DNA of 64,000 nt from an uncultured Verrucomicrobiae bacterium (lineage in GTDB: Bacteria > Verrucomicrobiota > Verrucomicrobiia > Limisphaerales > JAFGQR01): assembly GCA_963788655.1 (NCBI GenBank), contig CAWBHS010000008.1, positions 25,989-89,988 on the forward strand, given 5' to 3'. Every line of letters starts with the position of its first letter. The stretch's first letter is position 1. This document shows positions 40,713-50,917 of this stretch, one piece after another. A program made the position numbers and the translations under genes. A model generated the notes under the pieces. That model saw only the letters and a list, made by a program, of their open reading frames with translations. It did no database searches and was not told the DNA's origin.

Positions 40713-41812
40713 TTATCGCTGGACGCGCGCGCTGCCGCCTTTGACCAGCTTCTCAACTTCGGCGAGCGAAGCCATCGCGGTGTCACCGGGGTGGTCATCG
40801 CCAGCGCGCCATGGGCGGCGCCGTACTCGACGGCCACTTGCGGATTGCCGAATGTCATCAGTCCGTAAATCAGGCCCGAAGCAAAGCTGTCGCCGCCGCC
40901 AACGCGATCCAGAATTTCCAGGTTGGGCCGGGGCGTGGCTTCGTAAAACTTGCCGCCGGCCCAGGCGATCGCTCCCCAGTCGTTCCGCGTGGCGGACTTG
41001 ACGGTGCGCAAGGTGGTGGCGGTGACTTTGAAATTGGGAAAGTCCTTGACCGCAGTTTCGATCATCCGTTTGAACGCCGCGATTTCGATGAGGGAAATGG
41101 CTTCATCCAAGCCCTCGACCTGGTAACCGAGGCAAGCCGTAAAATCTTCCTCGTTGCCAATCATCACGTCCACGTGGCGGGCAATTTCCCGGTTCACCGC
41201 TTGGGCGCGTTCCTGGCCACCAATGGATTGCCAAAGCGACGGACGGTAGTTGAGGTCGTAGGAAACAATGGTGCCGTGCTGTTGAGCGGCTTGCACCGCC
41301 TCGATGACCAGTTGCGGCGTGGTGTCACTCAAGCCCGCAAAGATGCCGCCGGTGTGGAACCAGCGCACGCCTTGCCGGCCAAAAATATCGTCCCAATCGA
41401 AATCGCCGGGCTTGAGTTGGGATGCGGCCGTGTGGCCCCGATCGGAAATGCCCACGGCACCGCGGATGCCAAAGCCGCGTTCGGTAAAGTTCATTCCGTT
41501 GCGGACCTTGCGGCCCACTCCATCGTAAGGCCTCCATTGGACCAGGGAAGTATCCACGCCGCCTTGAAGAATGAGATCCTCCAGCAGTCGGCCAACCTCG
41601 TTATCGGCAAACGCGGTACAAACGGCCGTGCGCAGGCCGAAACAACGGCGCAGTCCGCGCGCCACGTTGTATTCCCCGCCGCCCTCCCAAACGTTGAAGT
41701 GCCGGGCCGTTCGCACCCGGCCTTCCCCGGGGTCCAAACGCAACATGACCTCTCCCAGGACGAGCAGGTCAAAGCGGCAATTGTTGGCAGGTTTGAGTTT
41801 CAGAAGGGCCAT
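40713..41812 (-). CDS. PfkB-family sugar kinase, 2-keto-3-deoxygluconate kinase-like; frameshift near 40790
   Basis: GEVMLRL, GGGEYNVA, SYDLNYR..LW, DRVGGGDSF; shifted frame GDTAMASLAEVEKLVKGGSARVQR*. Confidence 0.9.
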
Positions 41813-42011
41813 AAGATTTGATCTGCAACGCTTTGTTCGGTTAACGGTTAACGGGCGGTCAAATTGAACGGGCGGACAGTGAAACTCAATAAGAAATTGG
41901 CCGCAGCCGTTTGCAGGAAGTCAGTAAAAGCCGATGACCGAAATCCGTGATCCGAAGGAAACCCGAAACCCATCGTGGAGATCCGAGGCAGGCAGGCAGG
42001 GCGCGGTTGGG

Positions 42012-42942
42012 TCAAAAGCCGATACTGGCTTCGAGAGTGATGCCGGGCATGAGCACTTCGAAATTGCGCTCGTGATTATTCGAGTAATTCCGCAGCCAAA
42101 CGAACCCACTTTCCACCGAAACATGCTCGACGGGCTCCCAAGTGATGGAGATGCCGGGAGTGACGCGGAAATCACGACGGTCGGTCTGCGTGTCGGTATC
42201 GTTTGGGTACAGGAATCCCTCGCAAAAAACATAGGGCTGAATCCACCACGTGTCAGCCGGATACAATGCCAGGCTGAGCATTAAGGTGCTTTCCAAGCGA
42301 TCGTAATGGCTGGGGCTCGCATGCCGCCAGCCGAATTCGTAGGAGCCGAGAAAGTAAACGTCGCCTTGAGGCGAAATTGGATGGCTCCACGTCAGACGAG
42401 TGGTCAGCCAGCCTTGCTTCAAGAACTCATCCACTGGATGGTGTCCCTCGAAGCGCCAGATGGAGTAGTTGAGGTCCCAGGACCATGCGTGATCCTCGTC
42501 CAGGGTACAACCGGCTGGAGGCGAGAGCCCACAGGGCATTGAAGTCGGCGGCGGTAACTTTCTCGTAACGGTAAACATCATATTCTACGCCGATCTTCGG
42601 AATCCATTGCCGCGTGGAATAAGGGATCCACGTTCCCCAAAACGCGCCAGACCAAGCCAGACTCGCCTGCCGATTGGTTTTGGTCCAAAAAGCATTGTCC
42701 GTATGGAACAGGGACTGGGCGGTTCCTATTCCGAAGGTGTCGGGAACCGAATAGCGTTGCACGGCTTCGAGGGAACCCACGTACCGGTTGGACAACACCG
42801 TGGAATCGAATGGCCGACGCAAAGCGGGCAACAGGGTTTCCAACCGAGAAGTCTCGCTCGCTTGCTGGCCGAAACCGGCTGCTGCTAAACCCAGCAGAAT
42901 GAAGGCGGCCGAGCCGGCAGATCGCGGCATCGGTTTAAGCAT
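42012..42942 (-). CDS. Putative outer-membrane beta-barrel protein; frameshift near 42510
   Basis: Signal peptide, alternating aromatic-rich beta strands, C-terminal ITLEASIGF ending in Phe. Confidence 0.6.
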
Positions 42943-43273
42943 TGCAAGACGGGAGACTCGAATCATTCGAACAACGATTAGCCCTGATCTATTTTTGCTT
43001 CTTCGATGGCTTTTTTGGAGTCTTAACCTTGGGTGGTGCGGGCGGTTTGGGTGGCTTGAATTTGCTTGGTTTCTTGGTAGGCTTGAGGGCAACCAAACGC
43101 GCCGCAGCAATGCTGGTGGTGCGCGAAGAAAAACCAAGACTGTGGACCAAGGATGCGCTCGTTCTCTCCGACCGACCATGGGCCAGATGACCTTTGGCAC
43201 CGTCCCGTCTTGGTTCGGTCCGGAAGGATTTCGCCTCATTCAAATTCGCGGGCAATCGGTTATCAGTTGCCAG

Positions 43274-43954
43274 CTATGCCGGCGCAATGAAGCCGCGTTT
43301 CTCGAGGGCTCGAAAACGGGCCGTCTCGTGTTCGAGTTGTTTTAGATGAGGCAACGGCGCCTGGAAGCCCGTCAACAACAGCGATGACGCCACCTGTTTG
43401 GGAAGATTGAAGCAGCCCAACGAATGCGCTCCCTTCACTGGCACTTCGACATAGTCGCCAGGAGACAGTTTGACGGTCTGCCCACCAATGTTCACCCGAA
43501 CCTTTCCTGCCAGCGAACCAAAGACGACCGCCATTTGTTCTCCTTGATCGCCGGCAACCAGAGCCGCAAATCCGGTGCCTCCAGAAATGCTGGCCGGCTG
43601 ATCGGGAAACTTGACGGTCAATTGGTAGCCCGGTGGCAGGTCATCATACAACGCGGTGCCATGAATGAGTTCAGCGGCCGGCTGATCCTTTTCGAAAGCC
43701 AAAGCGGTTTCGCCACCCAAGCGCACCAACCCGCGCTCACCCCAAGTCAATTCGAGGCGTGAATCGGCCTTGGTGCGGACGACCGAGGGAGCGACCACTT
43801 GATCCTGGTCCGCCAGTGGGCGGGCCGTTGCTACGAGGGATTCGGAGACAAAAACCGCATTTACAATTTCCCGGGCGGTAAATGTAGTTGCCGCCTCGCT
43901 CGTCATGGAAAAAGCCACCACCACCAGCCAGACAGAATAACCTCGAAGCTTCAT
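43274..43954 (-). CDS. Secreted FecR-domain protein
   Basis: VRTKADSRLELTW...VRLGGET FecR-like motif; signal peptide. Confidence 0.7.
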   Translation of the reverse strand: MKLRGYSVWLVVVAFSMTSEAATTFTAREIVNAVFVSESLVATARPLADQDQVVAPSVVRTKADSRLELTWGERGLVRLGGETALAFEKDQPAAELIHGTALYDDLPPGYQLTVKFPDQPASISGGTGFAALVAGDQGEQMAVVFGSLAGKVRVNIGGQTVKLSPGDYVEVPVKGAHSLGCFNLPKQVASSLLLTGFQAPLPHLKQLEHETARFRALEKRGFIAPA

Positions 43955-44223
43955 GAGTGAGTTTTATCGGTCAACATCGACGACGAGTCAAGACTAAACA
44001 CCGAACGGCTTTGGAAAAAAGAGTTCCGCCCTCAATCACCTCCTGCGTAACCGTTACTGTTGGCGCATGGTGCGCAGATCATCGAATTGCGTCTTCGGAT
44101 CGGCGTCGGCAAAAGTGCTCCTGCTCCAACGCTAGCCAGTGGAACTCCCTTTTGGCGCCGCTGCCGACGCAACTTCTTGCCGGGGAATTTGCCCAGCCGT
44201 CAAATTGCAGTATGGTGTGACCG

Positions 44224-44943
44224 ATGTTACCGCCGCGCTTATGCGCCAGATTGGGCACTGGAACGTTCCAAGATGAGCGACTGGTGGGTCGTCCCGTGTT
44301 TCAACGGCCGGCGTTGAACTACCAGCTACGTGCAAGCTGGTTTCGCTGGAGCGCGCGCGGTTGTCGAAGTTGCGTGGGCCTTCTCGCAGTGATCCTTTTC
44401 CAGCTTTTGTCCGGAACGCCGTTGAACGCGCAGGACAAGGATTCCTTCGTGATCAAAACCAATTATTATGCGGTAACCGGCAGCAGTATTCGCGAATTGC
44501 AGATTTCCCAACGCGAGCGGCGTCCTTGGAAAACCAATTTCCTCTACTTCGCCCGCACGGATTGGGAAGTCAAATACCGCTTTCGCTACCGCCGAATGGA
44601 CGACGGGTATCGCGTGGAACAGTTCAGCGTCAATACCGAGGCGGAAATGACCCTGCCTCGCTGGGTGCCTCCGCCGGGGGTTGACGCGGCCGTCGTCGAG
44701 CGGTGGAAGCGGTATTACCAGGCGTTGCTCGCACACGAACTGGGACACGTGGCGATTGCCCGGTCCGCGACCGTGGCGGTGCGCCGTCAGGTGGAAACGC
44801 TGGGCAGTTGTGACGCGGCGGCGGAGTTGCGCGACACGCTCCGTCGTGCGGTGCATCTGCTCCTGGATAAATACAAACGCCGGGACCGCAATTACGACGA
44901 GCGCACCCGCCACGGCGTGTCCCAGGGAGCGCGATTGCACTGA
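44224..44943 (+). CDS. DUF922-like putative secreted Zn-dependent protease (start uncertain)
   Basis: YYAVTGSS, ARTDW, TLPRW, LLAHELGH, YDERTRHG..QG. Confidence 0.8.
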   Translation: MLPPRLCARLGTGTFQDERLVGRPVFQRPALNYQLRASWFRWSARGCRSCVGLLAVILFQLLSGTPLNAQDKDSFVIKTNYYAVTGSSIRELQISQRERRPWKTNFLYFARTDWEVKYRFRYRRMDDGYRVEQFSVNTEAEMTLPRWVPPPGVDAAVVERWKRYYQALLAHELGHVAIARSATVAVRRQVETLGSCDAAAELRDTLRRAVHLLLDKYKRRDRNYDERTRHGVSQGARLH

Positions 44944-45056
44944 GACGTCAACAGAGCGCGCCAAGCGCTGGTAGGACAGCGCCTCCGGCCTGTCCCGATT
45001 CCACTAAAGCCGCTCGATTCTGGACCGTCACGACGTGGTCAAGTTGTGTCCGTGAC

Positions 45057-45197
45057 GTCGCGCCAGCGTTTGGAGTGCGTGGAGCTTGCTCCCGCTTTCA
45101 TTCCGCGGAGGACACGCAAAGTCAGTTCGGCATCCGCGTGCAATTGCAAGCTGAATTTGTTGCGGAAGCGCCGGCAAGCTGCCGCATTTCGCACGCC
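45057..45197. repeat. REP-like element (AGCGTTTTGGAGTGCG family)
   Basis: gcgccagcgtttggagtgcg...gcaagctgccgcatttc; related arm near 52463-52492. Confidence 0.5.
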
Positions 45198-45325
45198 TGC
45201 TTTTGCCCAACTGGCTCGCCGCTTCTACCGCCAGGCGGTGGTTCCAATCGGAACCTACGGTGGGGAACATCGTGACGTTCAACTCAGTCAACGTTATCAT
45301 GCGGCCAACAATTCGAATCACTGAC

Positions 45326-46755
45326 ATGACAACGCGAAACTTTCTTTTGATCACAACTGTTTTGACCGCCTGTCTGACCTTTGTTGGAAAGGCCGCCGCC
45401 GCAGAGCCTATGCCCGCCAACGCTCCGGAGGCGACCTGGTTGCCGCAGCGGCTCGACTGGTTTCAAGACCTCAAGTTTGGCTTCATGATGCACTGGGGTG
45501 CCTACAGCCAATGGGGCTGCATCGAATCGTGGCCGTTGGTCGAAGTGGACAAGTGGGCGCGCCCGGACGAGTTGCCCGCCTGGATCGAGCGCGGGAAGGA
45601 CATCGAACGGTTCAAGCAGGATTATTGGGCGCTGCCCAAGACCTTCAATCCGGTCCGGTTTGATCCCGAGCGCTGGGCGGCAGTCGCCAAAGCCGCCGGC
45701 ATGAAATACGTCGTGTTCACCACCAAACACCACGACGGTTTCAGCATGTTTGATACGAAACTCACGGACTTCCGTATCACCGCACCGAACGTTCCCTTCC
45801 ACACCAATGCCCGTTCAAACGTGGTGCGCGAGGTGTTCAACGCCTTTCGTCAGGAGGGCTTCGGCATTGGTGCCTATTTCTCCAAAGCGGATTGGCATTG
45901 TCCGGATTATTGGGATCCCAGCCGGCCCGCCCGCACGCGCAATCCGAATTACGACCCACTCCAGGAACCCGCGAAATGGCACAAGTTCGTCGAGTTTACC
46001 TACGGACAGATCGAGGAGTTGATGACCGGCTACGGGCCCATCGACATTCTGTGGCTTGACGCCGGCCAGGTGCGTCCACCGCAGCAGGACATCCAGATGG
46101 ACCGTCTCGTCGCCATGGCACGACGGCACCAACCCCGGCTTATCGTTGTGGATCGCACGGTTGGCGGCCGTTACGAGAATTACCGCACGCCGGAGCAGCA
46201 GGTGCCGGACAAACCGCTGCCCTATGTTTGGGAAACCTGCATGACGATGGGCGACCAATGGTCGTTTAAACCGCACGACAATTACAAATCCACCCACCAA
46301 CTCATCCATTTGTTGGTGGACATTGTGGGTAAGGGCGGAAATTTTCTACTCAATGTCGGTCCGCAGCCCGACGGTCAGTTGCCTGCTGACGCCGTTCAGC
46401 GACTGAAGGAAATCGGCGATTGGATGAAGGTAAACAGCGAAGCCATTTACGGCACGCGGCCCATCGCGCCGTACAAGGAAGACCCCATCGTGTTCACGCA
46501 GAAGGGCCGGGGAGTGTATGCCATCTACCTGGCTCCACAATCCGGCGAGAGTCTGCCCGCGACCGTGAGCTTCAAGTCGCTCAAGCCGGCGCCCGGTTCC
46601 AATGTTCAATTGCTCGGGTTGGACGCCCCACTGAAGTGGCGTACACGACCTCAACGGGCGAATCCGTCATTGAGGTTCCAGCCGCCACCGTCAAAATGCC
46701 ACCGTGCCGGCATGCCTTCGTTTTCAAATTCACCCCCGCATCCATCGAGCGGTGA
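45326..46755 (+). CDS. GH29 alpha-L-fucosidase; frameshift near 46645
   Basis: KFGFMMHWG, TTKHHDGF, ILWLD, WETCMT, GGNFLLNVGP. Confidence 0.93.
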
Positions 46756-46930
46756 GTTGAGGAACGATCAAGATTCGGTTGCGATTTGCAAATTGAACTT
46801 TTCGAGGGAAATCCGGAGGGTAGGCCTATGAGTGAGTATTTCTATACCTTGGGGATGCTTGGTTGGCCGGAGATTATTAGCTTGTTACTTCTCGCCATTC
46901 CGGTGGTCAGACGCCGCAGTCTGGACTGAA

Positions 46931-47076
46931 CACTACAGCGACAGTTCCGGCGAATCGCGGCAGGAGCGCGGCGTTTACGCCGCTTCACCGTCCTATCCCG
47001 CAGGCCGCTGGTTGGCCTTTGGTGCTTGAAGCGGCCTAAAGGCCGCGCGCCTATCTGTGGAAGTGTCGCTGTAGTG
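46931..47076. mobile_element. 146-bp MITE with 18-bp TIRs and a 4-bp target duplication, enclosing a REP-like hairpin
   Basis: tgaa|CACTACAGCGACAGTTCC ... GGAAGTGTCGCTGTAGTG|tgaa (17/18 inverted match). Confidence 0.8.
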
Positions 47077-47142
47077 TGAAGTGGTGACGTACTGATGAGC
47101 GCTTGGGATGGACGACGCATGGTGACGTTCAATCGGCTCCTT

Positions 47143-47279
47143 CTCCCTCACCCTAACCCTCTCCCCAAGGAGAGGGAACCGATGGAGGTGCCGCTACGGA
47201 AACCAAGGGATATCGTGTTTTCAGAAGTCCGGTCATCGATTCTCCCTCTCCCTGGGGGAGAAGGCCGGGGTGAGGGGAA
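47143..47279. repeat. CCCTCACCC/GGGAGAGGG REP doublet, copy 3, with a different spacer
   Basis: ccctcaccctaaccctctccccaaggagaggg ... ccctctccctgggggagaaggccggggtgaggg. Confidence 0.75.
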
Positions 47280-47469
47280 ACAAAACCATCGGTTAATCCA
47301 AAGTGTCTTCCATCCAGTCGCCTGCACAGTAACACAAGCACGCTTCCCTCCGCGGAAACTCTGCTGGAGGACACTACTGCCACGATGGCAGATTAATTGA
47401 ACCACCTGCACAGTTTCCGCAGTAACACCCAGGGGCTGCGGTGCCGCGGAGCTTTCGGCTATCGCTGCT

Positions 47470-49467
47470 TCACACGCCCGCCACAAACGGTGGCATGGGG
47501 CAATCGAGCGTGTCGCCGATAGCGCGCAGCAACTCCGCTTCGTCCACCTGGATGACGCCATCCGCGGCGACGGTATGGGCGCAGGCCGTCAGCACGCTCT
47601 TCTTAATCGCCGGCGAGGCCTGGGCCAGGCGGTTCAAGGCGGTGTTGACTTGCCCCAATCCGCACTTTGAGATGTCCAACAATTGGAGTTCGCCTTCCGG
47701 ACGATCCAGATGTTTCGCCCCGGTGTGCAGCGCATTCTCCATGTCCGCCGTGGCCGAGTTGCCAATGCGCGCCAGGGCGGACAGCAATACGGCGCAGTCC
47801 GCCACCAACGGTGCCAGCGAATAATATTGCACCACGGGCTTTCGACCCGGTTTGAAATGCGGCTCCAGGTGGCGTAGAACGATCTTTTGCAGGGTGTATT
47901 CAAAGAGATCGACTTGCTGGTCGCTCTCAATCAACAGCTTCATTACCCGGCTGAAATTCTCGAACTGCGCCGCGGAGAGCCGTCGCAAGGTGGGCAGACA
48001 AAGCATCACCAGCGGCAGGCGTGAACGGGCCTCGAGCAACTCAACGTTGGGTTGCAGACGCAGCACCGTCTGGCGGATGCCTGGCTGGCTCCAACGTTCC
48101 AATTGCTGGAGTTGGTTGGCCCGCACGCCGGCGTCGGGACTGAGCAGGAGTGCGTAAATCAGGGCCGCAGCTTCCGACGGTTCGTGCGCGGCGTTTTCCA
48201 ATTCCGGGTGCAGCTCGGCTTTGAATTTGGCGGCAAAATCCAGGTGCTGCGTGGAAACCGCGCCCACGCGATTGATCAGGTCCTGCGCCCCAATCGCGGC
48301 ACCGGCTAATCCGGCGGCCGGCATGTGGCCGCCGAGCAAATCGCCGAGAACGGGAACTCGAACCACGGGCGGGCGATGTCGTGTCCGATAACGTTCGCTC
48401 GCGGTGGCGGGAGCGGGAGCGGAGGCTTCGACCGGAGAACTTACCTCAGGATACCGGCCATCGAAGGAGGGATCAATGGCGCGAATGCGATCGCCCAACG
48501 GCGGATGGGTGGACATCAATTGGAACCACGATTCGGCCAGTCCATTGCCAAAGAACATGTGACTGGCTTGTTCCGCTCGCGCGGTTTGCAGCCGGGAACC
48601 GGTGCTGAGCCCGCCGATCTTTTTCAAGGCACCGGACAAGCCGTCGGGATTACGCGTGAACTGCACGGACGAGGCGTCGGCAAGGTATTCCCGCTGGCGC
48701 GACACCGCGCTTTTGATGAGCCGTCCAAAGAACACCCCAATGGCGCCGATGACCATCAACGCCAAGCCCAGCAAGGGCAGGGGATTGCCGCCTTTGCCGC
48801 GGTTGCTGGCGCACAAACGATAAGCCCGAGAGCGCATGCCCGCGGTGGCCCAGAGGATTTGGCGGCCGATGATGGTGACGAACACCAGCCCGTTGACAAT
48901 GCCCATGAGCTGGAGATTCAGCCGCATATCGCCATTCAGAATATGGCTGAACTCGTGGCCGATGACCCCTTGCAGTTCATCCCGATTGAGCAGCCTCATG
49001 CAACCATCCGTGACGCCGATGGCGGCGTTTTGCGGTGAGTGACCGGCGGCAAAGGCATTGATGCTTTTCTCCTCCGGCAACAAATAGACTTCGGGCACCG
49101 GCGTACCGGAGGCGATGGCCATTTCCTCGACAACGTTCAGGAGCTTGCGTTCGTCCGGTTGTTGCGTGTTCCCATCGAGGGGACGGCCGCCGAGCATGGC
49201 GGCCACCGCCCCACCGCCCTGTCGCAACTCAAAGGTCTTGGTCAAACTCCCCAGCAGGATGACAAACAATGTGCCCGCCGAAACTCCAAAAAACAGTTGC
49301 GGATCCCAGAGCCGCAGGAAGACGTTGTCGATTTCCCGCTGCCGTAAGAACACCAGCGCGAAGACCACGTAGATCGCCAGGATGGTCAGCGCGATGGCCA
49401 AGAAGAAGTAAACCACCAACAGTTTGGTGTGTCGCCGCGCTTGATCCTGACGCTCAAAAAAATCCAT
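47470..49467 (-). CDS. Long M48/HtpX-like membrane metallopeptidase
   Basis: MDFFERQD, NVVEEMAIASG, NAFAAG, HEFSH, SRQREYLAD, THPP. Confidence 0.92.
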   Translation of the reverse strand: MDFFERQDQARRHTKLLVVYFFLAIALTILAIYVVFALVFLRQREIDNVFLRLWDPQLFFGVSAGTLFVILLGSLTKTFELRQGGGAVAAMLGGRPLDGNTQQPDERKLLNVVEEMAIASGTPVPEVYLLPEEKSINAFAAGHSPQNAAIGVTDGCMRLLNRDELQGVIGHEFSHILNGDMRLNLQLMGIVNGLVFVTIIGRQILWATAGMRSRAYRLCASNRGKGGNPLPLLGLALMVIGAIGVFFGRLIKSAVSRQREYLADASSVQFTRNPDGLSGALKKIGGLSTGSRLQTARAEQASHMFFGNGLAESWFQLMSTHPPLGDRIRAIDPSFDGRYPEVSSPVEASAPAPATASERYRTRHRPPVVRVPVLGDLLGGHMPAAGLAGAAIGAQDLINRVGAVSTQHLDFAAKFKAELHPELENAAHEPSEAAALIYALLLSPDAGVRANQLQQLERWSQPGIRQTVLRLQPNVELLEARSRLPLVMLCLPTLRRLSAAQFENFSRVMKLLIESDQQVDLFEYTLQKIVLRHLEPHFKPGRKPVVQYYSLAPLVADCAVLLSALARIGNSATADMENALHTGAKHLDRPEGELQLLDISKCGLGQVNTALNRLAQASPAIKKSVLTACAHTVAADGVIQVDEAELLRAIGDTLDCPMPPFVAGV

Positions 49468-49548
49468 CGTTGCTACATGTCCTCGATCCCGTACCTTATG
49501 CTGCCGCTTCAACTCTTCAATCCTTCAACCGCGCCGCGTTTCCGTTCG

Positions 49549-50151
49549 CTAAAACGAAACCTTGGGCGCTTCCTTTTCCTCGGGTTTCTGGATTTCAAAC
49601 AGCTCGGCCTGGTTGAAATGGAACGTCCCGGCGATCAAATTCGTGGGAAACGTTTCGCGTTTGGTGTTATAGACCATCACCGAGTCGTTGTACGCCTGAC
49701 GGGAGAAGGCCACTTTGTTTTCGGTGGAAGTCAACTCTTCCATCAGGCTGTTCATGGTCTGGTTGGCCTTGAGATCGGGATAGGCCTCGGCCACGGCGAA
49801 CAGGCGGCCCAGCATGCCGGTCAGTTGGCCTTCCGCGCCCATGAGCTGTTTCATGGCGGCCGGGTCGCCGGGATTCTGCGCGGCTTGGGTGTTGGCCGAG
49901 TAGGCGGCGTTGCGGGCGGCGATTACGGCTTCGAGGGTGCCGCGTTCGTGTTTGATGTAGCCCTTGGCGGTTTCGACCAGGTTGGGAATCAGATCGTAGC
50001 GCCGCTTGAGTTGCACGTCGATTTGGGCGTAGGCATTCTTGAACCGGTTGCGTAGCGACACCAGTCCGTTGTAAGCGCCAATGACATACAGGCCAACGAG
50101 CAACAGCGGAACGAAGACGACGATCGCGATAATTATCAGTGTTGTTACCAT
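49549..50151 (-). CDS. lemA: LemA family protein
   Basis: IDVQLKRRYDLIPNLVE, EAYPDLKAN, ENKVAFSRQAYN. Confidence 0.95.
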   Translation of the reverse strand: MVTTLIIIAIVVFVPLLLVGLYVIGAYNGLVSLRNRFKNAYAQIDVQLKRRYDLIPNLVETAKGYIKHERGTLEAVIAARNAAYSANTQAAQNPGDPAAMKQLMGAEGQLTGMLGRLFAVAEAYPDLKANQTMNSLMEELTSTENKVAFSRQAYNDSVMVYNTKRETFPTNLIAGTFHFNQAELFEIQKPEEKEAPKVSF

Positions 50152-50253
50152 GTCAGAACTTTCCGTTTGTTTTTCCCACTGCTAGGCCATTGAGATGGCT
50201 GAGGCAATTACTTTTTCGGCAGTCGTTTAGAATTATGCGTCGAACTCATGACT

Positions 50254-50328
50254 CGTAGCGGCGTCTCGGGAGAGCGCCGCAAAAAGTCTTTCTTCAAGAT
50301 GGCGCCGCTTTTCCAAGACACCGCTGCG
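50254..50328. repeat. GTAG-type REP hairpin, degenerate copy
   Basis: cgtagcggcgtctcgggagagcgccgc ... gcgccgcttttccaagacaccgctgcg. Confidence 0.7.
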
Positions 50329-50364
50329 TCAATGTAAAGATCTCCCCCGCGTCCCAGTGCGCGC

Positions 50365-50916
50365 TCAAATTACTTCGCGATAAACATCCGGATGCGGCCG
50401 CGAAATCACCACGGCATTGACCAACACCCCGGCTTCGCTGATGACCTGGCGGCCGGCAGCCACTGCGGCTTGCACGGAGCCCACGTCGCCAGTCATGGTG
50501 CAAAAGGCCTTCCCGCCCAGCGCCATGGCCAGGCGCACTTCCAAGAGCGTCACCGCGGCGGCCTTGGCGGCGGCATCGGCCGCTTCGATCAGGGTGGCCA
50601 CATTGAACGATTCGAGGATGCCCAGCGCCCCTTTGGTTTCCACGGGTTGGGTGCGCCCCAGCGCGGTGATGACATCGCCATGCACGTTCGAGATGACAAA
50701 CTGGTCGATCAAACAGCCGTTGGCCGCTTCGGCGCCCGCCTCGACGGCGGCGGAAACCGCGGCCGTTTCGCCGCCGATCAGCACCATGTATTTGCCCGAG
50801 CAAATCGAGCGCGACAAAATTAAACGCACATTGCCCGCTTTGAGCATGGTGTCCGCCACTGCAAAGCCGGCGGCCACGCTGGACAATTCAATTAAGCCAA
50901 TGGATTTCTCAGTCAT
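50365..50916 (-). CDS. Tandem-domain microcompartment shell protein (BMC-T), PduT-like
   Basis: Two BMC domains (IGLIELSSVAAG..ADTMLKA; ALGILE...AADAAAKAA); ICSGKY keeps the Cys equivalent to the PduT Fe-S ligand. Confidence 0.9.
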   Translation of the reverse strand: MTEKSIGLIELSSVAAGFAVADTMLKAGNVRLILSRSICSGKYMVLIGGETAAVSAAVEAGAEAANGCLIDQFVISNVHGDVITALGRTQPVETKGALGILESFNVATLIEAADAAAKAAAVTLLEVRLAMALGGKAFCTMTGDVGSVQAAVAAGRQVISEAGVLVNAVVISRPHPDVYREVI

Positions 50917-50917
50917 G

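Noticed and set aside
43274..43276. Genome-wide amber recoding or pyrrolysine use
   Set aside because: Other genes here end normally at TAG and no pyl genes are present; a single in-frame TAG is not enough.
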